Source of the DNA: Macrostomum lignano
Taxonomy: Eukaryota
Direction: 5' to 3'
Length of the DNA: 64,000 bases
Assembly (NCBI GenBank): GCA_002269645.1
Contig: NIVC01000110.1
Location: 1-64,000, forward strand
Of the stretch, positions 33,688 to 45,469 are shown piece after piece; position 1 is the stretch's first letter, and the number at the start of each line of letters is the position of its first letter. The notes below the pieces were generated by a model. It saw nothing but the letters and a program-made list of their open reading frames with translations. It was not told the DNA's origin and searched no databases. The position numbers were made by a program, and so were the translations under genes.

Positions 33688-33923
33688 GCGGAGTGACCGA
33701 GGGCGGCTGTAGGCTGCAGTCAGGCAGACAGTGAAGCGGCGATGCGCTGAAGCGACGAGGCGCTGGTGTAGATCAGGCGATGCTTATGATGCTTGGCGGT
33801 AACAGACCGCGGACCAGCAGAGGTTCGTCCTTTAGACGAATGGGTCAGAACAATGTCTGACAGCAAGTCTAAAGAAGGACGAGGAGACGAACGGTCTGAG
33901 GATTCTCAAGCCGAAATCGCTTC

Positions 33924-34019
33924 CTTATATAGCTATTCCTTATAGTCGCCGCTCCAAGGTCGTTTCCATGGCTCCCTCTCTCTGATTGGCTGCCGGCAGA
34001 ATGACGTCAGAATGAGTCA
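33924..34019 (-). promoter_or_regulatory. Pol II core promoter inside the solo LTR (TATA, CCAAT, CRE, AP-1)
   Basis: TATATAAG 33931-33924 (-), CCAAT 33989-33985 (-), TGACGTCA 34002-34009, TGAGTCA 34013-34019. Confidence 0.65.
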
Positions 34020-34255
34020 TGATGAGAAGCATGAGACCGGCATAGCAACATGAGAAATAGGAGAATTGCGCGATCCGGAGGCGGGGCAGGGATAATTGGC
34101 GCAGCGGGAGTTTGCAAAAGTGTTGCGCAAGCAAACATTGAGAACAGTGGGGCGGGGGTCGAGAACAAAGGAATTGGAAATCGGGGATAATTGGGTAGAA
34201 TTGAGAACAATAGAAAAGCAAACATTGGAGAAAAGGTGATAATTAGGTGCAAAAA

Positions 34256-34414
34256 TGAGAACAATAGAAAGAGAAAATCTGAGAAAATATGATCATTGGT
34301 GGGGATAAAGAGAACAAAAGAATCAAAAACGAGAACAATAGAAAGAGAAAATCTGAGAAAATATGATCATTGGTGGGGATAAAGAGAACAAAAGAATCAA
34401 AAACGAGAACAATA
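34256..34414. repeat. About 75-bp direct tandem duplication within the LTR U3-like region
   Basis: gagaacaatagaaagagaaaatctgagaaaatatgatcattggtggggata...aagaatcaaaaac occurs twice. Confidence 0.9.
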
Positions 34415-35247
34415 GAAGCGGAGGTGGGGTGGGTGTCGCATGAGGAGAACAATGGCATGAGAAAAGGTTGCGCAAGAGAAGGGGATGAGTCATCGATGAG
34501 TCATCGAGGGGAAGGAGGGGTCACATGACTTGCGTCACCGTTTGGGAGTTTGAGAAGGGATGGGGTGACGGTGAGCGCACAAAATACTGTAAGTAGACGC
34601 AGAAAAAGGGGGGACAGCGCAGGAAAATAGTGCGAAAAGGGTCAGATAGAAGGGAGATAGGGGAGGTACAGAGAAAATAGGGTGGAGCGCAGAGGAGATA
34701 GGGTAGAGGGGGAGGTACAGAGAGGGACAGGGAGCTCCGGAAAGGCAAGTGTGGCGGCAGGGGAGACGGAGCCAAGGCAGCAGGGGGTGCAGCAGAGCGG
34801 GAGTCTGCAGGCCTGGTCGAAGACAGGAGGAGCGCGGTGATGGGCGGCACTCTTCGAAAAAGTTCCCCTGCCCTATTCCGCGACCAGAGCGTGGTTACAT
34901 CAGATAGAAGCCCATTTCGCTTTGCGTTTCACATTTGCTCAGTATTGTTTCATAAAAAATAAAATAAAGTATAGATTTTCAATTCGAGTTAAAGCCTACC
35001 AGCCTACCAAGTTAACATTCACATTTCCGCTGTCAACATCCCGTTAGTCTATGGCAAATTCAAGAACTGTAGCCTTCTTTATGAAAGGTTTTAGCTCGCC
35101 TAATAAAAGGCTTAGAAACCATATTGTAATGAACATATAAATTTGATTCGTATCAGCAGCTTCCATATTCCAGACAAAAGTTACTAGCTCGGTCTTTTCG
35201 ACTGCTGCATTTCAACTTGCAACACCGCCAGCCTTCAATCAGCAGCC

Positions 35248-37452
35248 ATGACTAAGGGCACGATTCGCCTGCCGGACCCCATGTTCTTCCGGCAGAAGCC
35301 CCACAGCGGCCGAAAGTTCAGCAAAGCGGAGAAAAAGTCGCAAAACTTTTACCACATGGTGCCGAGATTCTTCGATCTGTACCATCCGACCACATCGTGG
35401 CTGGTGAACGCCATCAGGACTGAGAACGAGAAGGAGCTGAACCGCGTGCTCATGGACAAAGAATCAAAAGGCCTGCTCAAGTTCGAGCCGGACCCGCGAG
35501 CTTTGCAAGCCAAGAAGACTGTAATTGGCGGCAAGAAAGAATTTATCATCACCAAGGCGAAGTACTTCCAGGTGATTGACAGGCCGGAATTCTACTCTCT
35601 GGATCGATCTTCGCTGTTTAACCGGCACGCTGTCATGTACCTGACGCCTCTAGGCCTGGCTATTTACCTGCGAAAGCCCAAAGCGGCAACCATGCTGGTG
35701 CGATGCATCGACCGCGACACCAACAAGAAGCACATTATGGCACGACAGCCGCAGTTCATCACCTTCATCAACGAGCGATTCGGCGACCTGATGTGCCTGT
35801 ACGACCACAATCTGGCTATGCTGAATGAGACCTACGACATTCTTCAGGCCATGCTGCAGCACGAAAACTGGTTCCCAATGGAGCCATACGCCCTCGTCTA
35901 CCGGAAGCGCTTCGTTGAGACCTACCTGAACTTTGACGACTTTCTTGACTACGCGTTCTACGTGATGTTCACGAAGCGCAGCTCGATAGACATTCCCAGC
36001 CTGTGCTCCGCTGTGCTCAAATGCCCGACTGAGCATTTTCGCTTCAACTACATGAGCGAGCCGAGCCGAGCAAATCCCATGACTTTGCTTCGGGACGCTG
36101 AGCGCATCATCAACAATTGCAAAACCTATCCGCGACGGCTGCTACGATGCGCCTTCTACGCAGACAAGAAGCTGAAATCGACGGCTAATTTGGTTCGAGC
36201 GGCCAGTCAGTTTATCAACATGGGCATCTTTAAACTCGTGGGCGATCCCGCTATGCCATTCGTGCCCCGCCCCGGCCGGCGCAAGCGTCTCGAGACCATC
36301 CCAGTCTACAGGGAACGAAGCCGCGGAATCAACATTGAATGGCCGCAGGCTCTCTTTGAGTTCGATGCAGACTGCTGCATCGCTCTCATGGTTGGCCTCC
36401 TGGCGAAGTGCTACCGCCTTGCCAAGATGCCAACCTTCGCCGTGATCATCAAGACGATCGTCAAAACTCTGGCTGATGCCGGCTGGCTGAATTACTTCGA
36501 CATCATCAGCGATCTGGAGTTCAAAGACTACTTCATGGGACTAGATGACGCTGAAAAGGTTCGCTTCCAACCTGAGGTGTTTTCGTTCGTACGAGAATGC
36601 GCTCGGATCACCGTCATCGACCAGCGGCACGAGTTAGCTCGCTTCTTCACCGAGGAGCGCCTGGACCGCGAGCTGCACGCTCTGAACGATGTGCAGGACC
36701 CGGCCGTGCTAACCCGGATGCTGATGTGCAACGACGAGAACATTACTAACTACGTGATATTGGACAAGGGCGAGGAGCTCAAAGCCGCAGGCACAATCAT
36801 CGGTGGCAAACGAACTCGCGGCGTTGGACGCGACGACCCCAAGAACAAATACTACATGGACCGGCTGGAGTTCCCCAGAGAATCTACCAAGACCGTCATG
36901 ACCAACACCGCCAACACTGAGGAGTCCAGCGGCACCGGTGCCGGCTCCTCTTCCGACTCTGACTCGGACTTTTTCGTTCACAAAATGGCTAAGGAAGCTG
37001 AAGCTTTTCAGAATCTCAGCAACAAGGGCGACCACAGTGCTGCCACGGACACGGCCAGCAACAGCAGCTGCAGCAGTGACGATTTGCACAGGCAGAACCT
37101 GAGCGAGTACCTCCTGACCGCCGAGGTGGTGCCTGAGCAGCCCATTTCGACCACTCCGTCACCGGAGCAGCTGCCTCGGCTTCTGCCGCCGCTGCCGCAG
37201 CCGGCACTGGCGGGCCAGCGGTCAGTGAAGAGGAGCACCCGCAGTGCCAGAGTTCGAATCGCCAATGCGGGCAGCAACCCAGCGGGTGGCAGCCAAATCC
37301 CCGTGCTCATCCGTCGGACGGGTCCGCGACCGCCTCGACTGTTGGAGACCAAAGAGCCCACGGTTGACGAACTGGGCAGCGGCAGCAAAACTTTGGACGA
37401 GAAGCCGGGCAAGCATCAGAGGCGTGAAAGAAAACCATCTGTCAGGCAGTGA
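35248..37452 (+). CDS. Intronless 734-aa protein of unknown function (one ankyrin-like motif, disordered C-terminus)
   Basis: Long GC-rich ORF with coding-like composition; TPLGLAIYLRKPKAATMLV resembles an ankyrin helix pair; Ser/Pro/Arg-rich tail. Confidence 0.88.
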   Translation: MTKGTIRLPDPMFFRQKPHSGRKFSKAEKKSQNFYHMVPRFFDLYHPTTSWLVNAIRTENEKELNRVLMDKESKGLLKFEPDPRALQAKKTVIGGKKEFIITKAKYFQVIDRPEFYSLDRSSLFNRHAVMYLTPLGLAIYLRKPKAATMLVRCIDRDTNKKHIMARQPQFITFINERFGDLMCLYDHNLAMLNETYDILQAMLQHENWFPMEPYALVYRKRFVETYLNFDDFLDYAFYVMFTKRSSIDIPSLCSAVLKCPTEHFRFNYMSEPSRANPMTLLRDAERIINNCKTYPRRLLRCAFYADKKLKSTANLVRAASQFINMGIFKLVGDPAMPFVPRPGRRKRLETIPVYRERSRGINIEWPQALFEFDADCCIALMVGLLAKCYRLAKMPTFAVIIKTIVKTLADAGWLNYFDIISDLEFKDYFMGLDDAEKVRFQPEVFSFVRECARITVIDQRHELARFFTEERLDRELHALNDVQDPAVLTRMLMCNDENITNYVILDKGEELKAAGTIIGGKRTRGVGRDDPKNKYYMDRLEFPRESTKTVMTNTANTEESSGTGAGSSSDSDSDFFVHKMAKEAEAFQNLSNKGDHSAATDTASNSSCSSDDLHRQNLSEYLLTAEVVPEQPISTTPSPEQLPRLLPPLPQPALAGQRSVKRSTRSARVRIANAGSNPAGGSQIPVLIRRTGPRPPRLLETKEPTVDELGSGSKTLDEKPGKHQRRERKPSVRQ

Positions 37453-38002
37453 CGCAGCAGTCAGGTGGGAGCCGCACTAAAACTCAAACACAAATTTAGT
37501 AAACAAACTTGCAAATATTGTTTTTATAACTAAGAGCAATGATAGTGGCCCTACTTCAGCTTACTCTATGTACTCTAGTTACTTTTTTAGTTAACAATAC
37601 GTCGATATGCTTGTCGCACGGATAAATTTGATTTTTTATTTAATCAAAAACCGATTGCGCAAAACTGGATCTGTACAATTCTGTAAGTTTCTTTGCCCCC
37701 AACAAAATGCGCTGCTTTACTGACGCACTTTATGTAATTAATTTATTTCTTTGCAAATATAACGACACTGTGTGTGGACGATATAAGTTTTATTTATAGG
37801 GACTGGCTATTCAAGGGGCCAGTATTTTTAGTCTACATGCAGACAAAAATATTTGTTGACTTTCTTTTTTATGCCTAGACGCCATTAACTTGTTCTATGG
37901 GCTTTGGTCAGGATCCATTTATAATAAGGTAGGAATTGCTTTAAACAAATTTATGATAAGTGACGGGTTGTACAAACTTGAACAAATGTAGCCTACGTTT
38001 CA

Positions 38003-39255
38003 ATGATTGGAAAAAAATTAATAGTCACGTGGTCGCTGTTTGTGCTGATGCTGTCTACCATTCACAGCTCCGAGGGTTGCTTTTCGAGATTTAACGGTAA
38101 GTTGAACATCGACTGGGCCTTATATAAACATGCTATAATTTTTGCTAAAATACTGATAGCTATTCAGAACCGAGCTGAAACACGCCAATGCTTTACCCTC
38201 CCCACCCTACCTCGTGACCCGTTATATAAATCAATAATATAGCTTCCAGATGCCAAAATGAGTGTCTGTGGTGCCTAAATGAGTGTCTGTGGTGCCAAAA
38301 TGAGTGTCTGTGGTGCCAAAGTGTCTGTGGTGCCAAAGTGTCTGTGGCGCCAAAATGAGTGTCTGTGGTGCCAAAGTGTCTGTGGCGCCAAAATGAGTGT
38401 CTGTGGCGCCAAAATGAGTGTCTGTGCGCCAAAATGAGTGTCTGTGGTGCCAAAATGAGTGTCTGTGGCGCCAAAATGAGTGTCTGTGTTGCCAAAATGA
38501 GTGTATGTAGCGCCAAAATGAGTGTATGTAGCGCCAAAATGAGTGTATGTAGCGCCAAAATGAGTGTATGTAGCGCCAAAATGAGTGTATGTAGCGCCAA
38601 AATGAGTGTATGTAGCGCCAAAATGAGTGTATGTAGCGCCAAAATGAGTGTCTGTGGTGCCAAAATGAGTGTCTGTGGTGCCAAAATGAGTGTCTGTGGT
38701 GCCAAAATGAGTGTCTGTGGTGCCAAAATGAGTGTCTGTGGTGCCAAAATGAGTGTCTGTGGCGCCAAAATGAGTGTCTGTGGCGCCAAAATGTCTGTGG
38801 CGCCAAAATGAGTGACGTCTATGGCGCCAAAATGAGTGCGTAACTCCTAGTGCTAACAACACCTATTCCCAAAATATAGAACGAATTTTATTTAATCATG
38901 TAGAATTCTTGGTTTTGTTGCCCCACCATAAAAACTATGGCGATACCCCTGAACTGAAGTAGTCAGTTTTATTAACAATACGCCGGTTCAAAAGGTGGTT
39001 CTAATAAATATTTTAAATAAATAAATGCGCAATTTTGAATTCTTTTCAGTCGGCAAAACTCAAGCCAGCCCGGCTTTGCGCGCCTTCGTTGCGCAGTTGC
39101 GAAATGCACTCGGCATCAAGGATGACGGATCAGTTGGTGGTGATGTCGGCATATCTCAGACGGATATCGACAACTACAGGCGGATGTACAAGAACCAGAC
39201 TGCTAGGGCTGTTGCGGATTCAGATGGCAACGCCAACACAAAGTACATTGCTTAA
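38003..39255 (+). CDS. Small secreted protein E (2 exons, Cys at predicted +1)
   Basis: Exon 1 38003-38096 (MIGKKLIVTWSLFVLMLSTIHSSEGCFSRFN, G|GTAAGT); exon 2 39050-39255 (ttttcag|TC GGC: VGKTQASPALRAFVAQLRNALG...KYIA*). Phase 1. Confidence 0.75.
38250..38840. repeat. 21-bp minisatellite (GCGCCAAAATGAGTGTCTGTG)n in the intron of gene E
   Basis: Period of 21, with 18-bp variants. Confidence 0.97.
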
Positions 39256-40265
39256 TGTCCCCTTTACCACCCGCATTCAGTAGTATCAAAAGAAGTTTTT
39301 TATCTGCTGTGATTTTGAATTTCCTATTTATTTTAACGCCACTTCCACGCTCGTAAATTTTTGTTACAATCCTCTTAATTCGTATTAACATTTATTGCTT
39401 AAATTAATAAGTCCAGTCTTGTCTTGTTAAGCAACCATAAATTTCCCTACCATTGCGCGTGATAGCTATGACACGACTACCATCAGGTTCCCACCAGATA
39501 AGCAATTACTCACAGTCACAGCAGATTGTTAAAATATTGAATATGTATGGGAGACAGTAATAAATGTCACAAATAGTTCACCTAAGTTATCTGCTTCAAT
39601 GCAGACTCGGACTGCCGACCTTTGCTTAGCCTACGAGTACAAAACGCAGCTAATAGTCACGGGGTAGTCAACAAAACTAAAGCAAAGTGCGTCTACGGTG
39701 CTCAAATTTTAATGCTCAACGTACATTTAATTTTAAAGCTATACATGCACCTGCATTTGCAGGAATATTCTACTTCTTAGAGTACACAGGCCTATAGCTA
39801 CGCTCGTAGTCCAAATAGATCAAAGTTCAGTGCTTTTTCAACCCGTCATGTCTCACTAAGCAGTCTGAGTTCGTTTGTGTTTGTTTCTTAGTAGAGGTAT
39901 TGAGTTGGCTAACCATTGCCAGCGGATTCAGAGTAGCTGGTGGTGCTTCATGTCTTGTACAAAACGCATCACTTGTGTAATTGTTAACTTTACATATGGT
40001 TAACATATGGTTAACTTTAACTGAGGCTGATATTGACTGGCTGAGAAACTGATTATGTCATAAACTGTTTCGTGTGAGTGTTTAATTATATAACTGCTAC
40101 AATTCATTCTATTAATTCAATGAGAGCTAGCCTAGATGTGAACAGATTGGAGTGCTTCTGCAGTGGCCAGGGTTCGAATCTTTGTAGTGTAAACTTTTTT
40201 ATTAAAAGTTATAAATAAAAGATTTAAATCATGCGATTTAAAAAATATTGTACTCGATGACAAAA

Positions 40266-42588
40266 CCATTACTGCACTAGATGTGAAATCTATAATTGCA
40301 CTAGATGTGAAATCTATAATTGCACTAGATGAGAAAACAAAGATTGCACTAGATTAGACAACTATTACTGCACTAGATGAGAAAACTATTATTGCACTAT
40401 ACTAGACATCTATTACTGCACTGGGTGAGAAAACAAAGATTGCACTAGATTAGACAACTATTACTGCACTAGATGAGAAAACTATTATTGCACTAGATGA
40501 GAAAACTATTATTGCACTAGATGAGAAAACAATTATTGCACTAGATTAGACATCTATTATTGCACTAGATGAGAAAACAATTATTGAACTAGATGAGAAA
40601 ACTATTATTGCACTAGATGAGAAAACAATTATTGCACTAGATGAGAAAACAATTATTGCACTAGATGAGAAAACAATCATTGCAATAGATGAGAAAGCAA
40701 TTATTGCACTAGATTAGACATCTATTATTGCACTAGATGAGAAAACAATTATTGCACTAGATGAGAAAACAATTATTGCACGAGATGAGAAAACAATTAT
40801 TGCACTAGATGAGAAAACAATTATTGCACTAGATGAGAAAACAATTATTGAAATAGATGAGAAAACAATTATTGCACTAGATGAGAAAACAATTATTGCA
40901 CTAGATTAGAAAATAGTTATTGCACAAGATGAGAAAACAATTATTGCACTAGATGAGAAAACAGTTATTGCACAATATTAGAAAACAGTTATTGCACGAG
41001 ATGAGAAAACAATTATTGCACTAGATGAGAAAACAATTATTGCACTAGATTAGACATCTATTATTGCACTTGATGAGAAAACAATTATTGCACTAGATTA
41101 GACAACTATTATTGCATTAGATGAAAAAACTGTTATTGCACAAGATGAGAAAACAATTATTGCACTAGATTAGACATCTATTATTGCACTAGATGAGAAA
41201 ACAATTATTGCACTAGATGAGAAAACAATTATTGCACTAGATTAGACAACTATTACTGCACTAGATGAGAAAACTATTATTGCACTATACTAGATATCTA
41301 TTACTGCACTGGATGAGAAAACAATTACTGCACTAGATGAGAAAACAATTATTGCACTAGATTAGACAACTATTAACTGCACTAGATTAGACAACTATTA
41401 CTGCACTAGATGAGAAAACTATTATTGCACAAGATGAGAAAACTATTATTGCACAAGATGAGAAAACTATTATTGCACTAGATTAGACATCTATTATTGC
41501 ACTAGATGAGAAAACAATTATTGCACTAGATGAGAAAACAATTATTGCACTAGATTAGACAACTATTACTGCACTAGATTAGACAACTATTACTGCACTA
41601 GATGAGAAAACTATTATTGCACAAGATGAGAAAACTATTATTGCACTAGATTAGACATCTATTATTGCACTAGATGAGAAAACAAATATTGCACTAGATG
41701 AGAAAACAATTATTGCACTAGATGAGAAAACAATTATTGAAATAGATGAGAAAACAATTATTGCACTAGATGAGAAAACAATTATTGCACTAGATTAGAA
41801 AATAGTTATTGCACAAGATGAGAAAACAATTATTGCACTAGATGAGAAAACAATTATTGCACTAGATTAGACAACTATTATTGCATTAGATGAAAAAACT
41901 GTTATTGCACAAGATGAGAAAACAATTATTGCACTAGATGAGAAAACTATTATTGCACTAGATTAGACATCTATTATTGCACTGGATGAGAAAACAATTA
42001 TTGCACTAGATGAGAAAACAATTATTGCACTAGATTAGACAACTATTACTGCACTAGATGAGAAAACTATTATTGCACTATACTAGACATCTATTACTGC
42101 ACTGGATGAGAAAACAATTATTGCACTAGATGAGAAAACAATTATTGCACTAGATTAGACAACTATTAACTGCACTAGATTAGACAACTATTACTGCACT
42201 TGATGAGAAAACTATTATTGCACAAGATGAGAAAACTATTATTGCACTAGATTAGACATCTATTATTGCACTAGATGAGAAAACTATTATTGCACTAGAT
42301 GAGAAAACAATTATTGCACTAGATTAGACATCTATTATTGCACTGGATGAGAAAACAATTATTGCACTAGATGAGAAAACAATTATTGCACTAGATGAGA
42401 AAACAATTATTGCACTAGATGAGAAAACAATTATTGCACTAGATGAGAAAACAATCATTGCAATAGATGAGAAAGCAATTATTGCACTAGATTAGACATC
42501 TATTATTGCACTAGATGAGAAAACAATTATTGCACTAGATGAGAAAACAATCATTGCACTAGATGAGAAAACAATTATTGCACTAGAG
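40266..42588. repeat. 24-bp satellite (CTAGATGAGAAAACAATTATTGCA)n with interspersed variant monomers
   Basis: Period of 24; second monomer type CTAGATTAGACATCTATTATTGCA; variant blocks recur (e.g. about 40850 and about 41740). Confidence 0.98.
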
Positions 42589-43060
42589 CTTTAGCATTTT
42601 AGCAAGGCAGCAACAGCCGACAACTGGGATAGGGAATCAGATGATCTGATGGATGCTGTGCGATGCACTAGGACGGCATACCGGAAAACAGCTATATAAT
42701 TGACCATGCGTCTGCTTTATGCACATAGTCCCTGCCCCCACCAGTTGCAAGTTTTTAGTTGGTAGCTTTTTAGGCTATTTCTGAACTTTTTAAGCTCCTT
42801 TAAAGCAAATCCAAATTCAGGTTTAGCTGAACTCAAATTTAAATCTGGCGTCTGTGTGCACATCAGGTAATATTAGACTTTCTCTCTGGCGATTTAGACT
42901 CATGAGAGTCAGTCCTAAGGCACTCACGAGCGAATCGTATCATATGTATATACACTGCCTAATAATACAACAAATAAGCCACAAACGTAACGCCTTTATT
43001 TGTTTGAAATTGCCTACAGCAAACAAACCTGTGGCACTTTTTCAGATTGAATACCTGCTC

Positions 43061-44764
43061 ATGGCGAAAAAGTTAGCGGAGACAATCGCCTCCAGCTCGG
43101 CTCACGGCATCAGTCGAGCAGCTGCCTCGGAGAACAAACTGCTTCGAGTGATGTGGATTCTGCTATTCCTCATTTGCCTGGCCGTTTTTCTGAAAAGCGG
43201 CATCAACCTTGTGCTCAAACTGCAAAAGAGCGAGATGACAAAGAAATACCAATTGGATCAGGCAACTTTCGTGCTCCCAGATCTGTACTTTTGTCCCATC
43301 AACCCGTACTCGGGCAGCTATCCCTTCACACTGACAAAGGAAGAGGCTGATTTGGTAAACAGCCGCATCAAACAGCTGATTGACCGCTTCGGAGAACTGT
43401 ATGATGTTCCGAAAAGCATTTTATTTCATGCCTTCTTGTGGACGCCTCAAGTGCAGTTGTCGCTTCCATTTGATCTGCTGGCAAAGTATTTGCTGGTTCG
43501 AAAGGAGGAATCAGTTCAATTCGCGGCCATCACCGATGATTTTGTAGCGCATAATGTTGATGTGGAAGCGTTTTACAACTACGAGAATCTAGTTTGCTTT
43601 CGGCTGATTCTCAGTGACAAACTAAAAAAGATGATCATGAATCCAGGTAGCACGCTGAAGTTGCGACTGTCAACTGACCCTTACTTGGCTGAGCTCAACT
43701 TCACTGGGCATCCGATTCAGCCCATTGCTGACAGCAATGGAAATTCGGTTCCGTTTCTTGAGTGGCACCCATACCGCTATTATGAACAGTTGAGAACATC
43801 CGGCTTTACTATGCTGATTGTGCCACCAGGAGCTTATCCGTCGCTAAGGTTCGAGGAGAGCTTCCACATGTCTCCAGGCTTTGAGTACTCGGTTCAGCTC
43901 AAGATGACAGAAAGCACCTGCAGTGAGGAGCTGCACGATAAGTTCTGCCTGTTGGAAACTCCGCCAGTCGAGTTCATGAACTCGCTATCAGGCAAGCGGG
44001 AACGATTCAACTACAGCAATGCTGCCTGCTACTATAGAAATGTTAACGTACAGGTAGTTGACGAGATTGGATGTCAGCTGAGTCAGCGGCCGTCGCTTTG
44101 GGAATTTCGCGACTATCCGCACTGCAGCAACATGTCTGAGATGACAGCAGCTACTGTCAAAAGAATGAGAAAAGCTGGCTCTGGACGACGAATCGAGCTT
44201 GAGACTCTTACCCAAAAGTACTGCAAAACTAGAATCCCCTGCTCGTATCCGATTTACTCCACCAGTTACTCGTTTGGCAAGTGGCCAAGCGCCGGCAGTT
44301 CGATTTTAAGGTACTTCGCCGAATACTTCAACCGCACCTCTGTAAGCAAGGCTGAGGCGCCAGCTTTGGCTAGGGTGTCCGATATTGCAAAGCAGCTTCA
44401 AATGGGTGACCACTCAGCCCACCTGGAGGGCATCTTCCACTCCTACGTGTCCGAGTCGATGCTTAGTGTCCAAATTACTATCGACTCGCTTCTCTCGCCA
44501 CAAGTCATGCTAGCCTGGTCTTACACATTCGCTGACCTTCTGGCTGACACCGGAGGTTTGCTGGGTCTGTACATCGGCTGCAGCGTGCTCACCGTTTGCG
44601 AAATGTTCGAACTCATCTACATCTGCGTGTCCCTGCTGCTCAAGCGTAGGTCGGCCAAGAGAAGCAGCTCAAGGACCGGCGATCAAGAGACTGCAGGATG
44701 CGATGTCGGAGAAAAACAAGCGCTGGGTGGAGAAAATGCTGAGGAAATCGAACTTAGGAGCTGA
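43061..44764 (+). CDS. DEG/ENaC family sodium channel subunit (intronless CDS)
   Basis: N-terminal SSAHGI (HG motif), TM1 VMWILLFLICLAVF, Cys-rich thumb, TM2 DLLADTGGLLGLYIGCSVLTVCE (GxS filter). The ATG at 43061 follows an acceptor ttttcag at 43045. Confidence 0.95.
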   Translation: MAKKLAETIASSSAHGISRAAASENKLLRVMWILLFLICLAVFLKSGINLVLKLQKSEMTKKYQLDQATFVLPDLYFCPINPYSGSYPFTLTKEEADLVNSRIKQLIDRFGELYDVPKSILFHAFLWTPQVQLSLPFDLLAKYLLVRKEESVQFAAITDDFVAHNVDVEAFYNYENLVCFRLILSDKLKKMIMNPGSTLKLRLSTDPYLAELNFTGHPIQPIADSNGNSVPFLEWHPYRYYEQLRTSGFTMLIVPPGAYPSLRFEESFHMSPGFEYSVQLKMTESTCSEELHDKFCLLETPPVEFMNSLSGKRERFNYSNAACYYRNVNVQVVDEIGCQLSQRPSLWEFRDYPHCSNMSEMTAATVKRMRKAGSGRRIELETLTQKYCKTRIPCSYPIYSTSYSFGKWPSAGSSILRYFAEYFNRTSVSKAEAPALARVSDIAKQLQMGDHSAHLEGIFHSYVSESMLSVQITIDSLLSPQVMLAWSYTFADLLADTGGLLGLYIGCSVLTVCEMFELIYICVSLLLKRRSAKRSSSRTGDQETAGCDVGEKQALGGENAEEIELRS

Positions 44765-45469
44765 TGGGGATGGCGAATATCGACTACAGAACGACGAATG
44801 ACTCTCAAATATGATTGGTTTGCACTGGCTTCTTCTGAACAGCCTGACCATGTCAGGTTGGGCAATCTTGCTTATTCATATATAGACTACGAGCCGTATT
44901 TGTTGATCAAGTTGGAAGACAAAACTCGTCATAAGCTTTAATAACCATTACGATTATTGTGCATTGACGTCAAACTTTATATTAAATGTATTACAATACG
45001 TTGAGTGTAAGTCTACACTTAATTGAACTTTTATTTTACTGATTATGTCTAGCTTTAGTTACACGCTCCTAAACTATAATCATCCAGACCAGTTTCTGGC
45101 TTCTCCTCGTAAAAAGCGACCAAACATAATCTCTATTCTTTAATGTTGCAATTTTATATTGATATAAACTATTGACAGACTGTTGAATAGAACTGACTCT
45201 GTCTCCCTGGAACCATACCACTTTATGATTGATCCGGTGTTTTGGGTTAGAACGGGCAGAAACTAGCCATCAATTATGCTTGCACAGTGCTTATCTGAGC
45301 CTATCTAATACACTCTGGGACAGCTCTGAAACTGCAGGAAACGTAGAATCTGCTGACTTTTATTCAATTTGCCCCGATAGACAGGCACTGGATAGGAATT
45401 AAATGCAAAACTCTAGTGGCGATGGAAGCATCATATTTATGGCGCCATAGTAGAGTGGCGCTATAATAG

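Larger units (their letters stand above)
32685..34902 (-). mobile_element. Putative solo LTR (2218 bp; TG...CA, 4-bp TSD GATA; Ty3/gypsy-type)
   Basis: Termini TGATGTAACC / GGTTACATCA; GATA at 32681-84 and 34903-06; internal TATA/CCAAT/bZIP promoter facing minus; no coding capacity recognised. Confidence 0.7.

Noticed and set aside
38193-38862. His-rich or Cys-rich repetitive ORFs (HSFWRHR, AKMSVCG)
   Set aside because: They are translations of a 21-bp intronic minisatellite in gene E.
42854-43060. N-terminal extension of the DEG/ENaC ORF given in the ORF track
   Set aside because: It is AT-rich and precedes an acceptor at 43045. The ATG at 43061 gives the normal short N-terminus before the HG motif.
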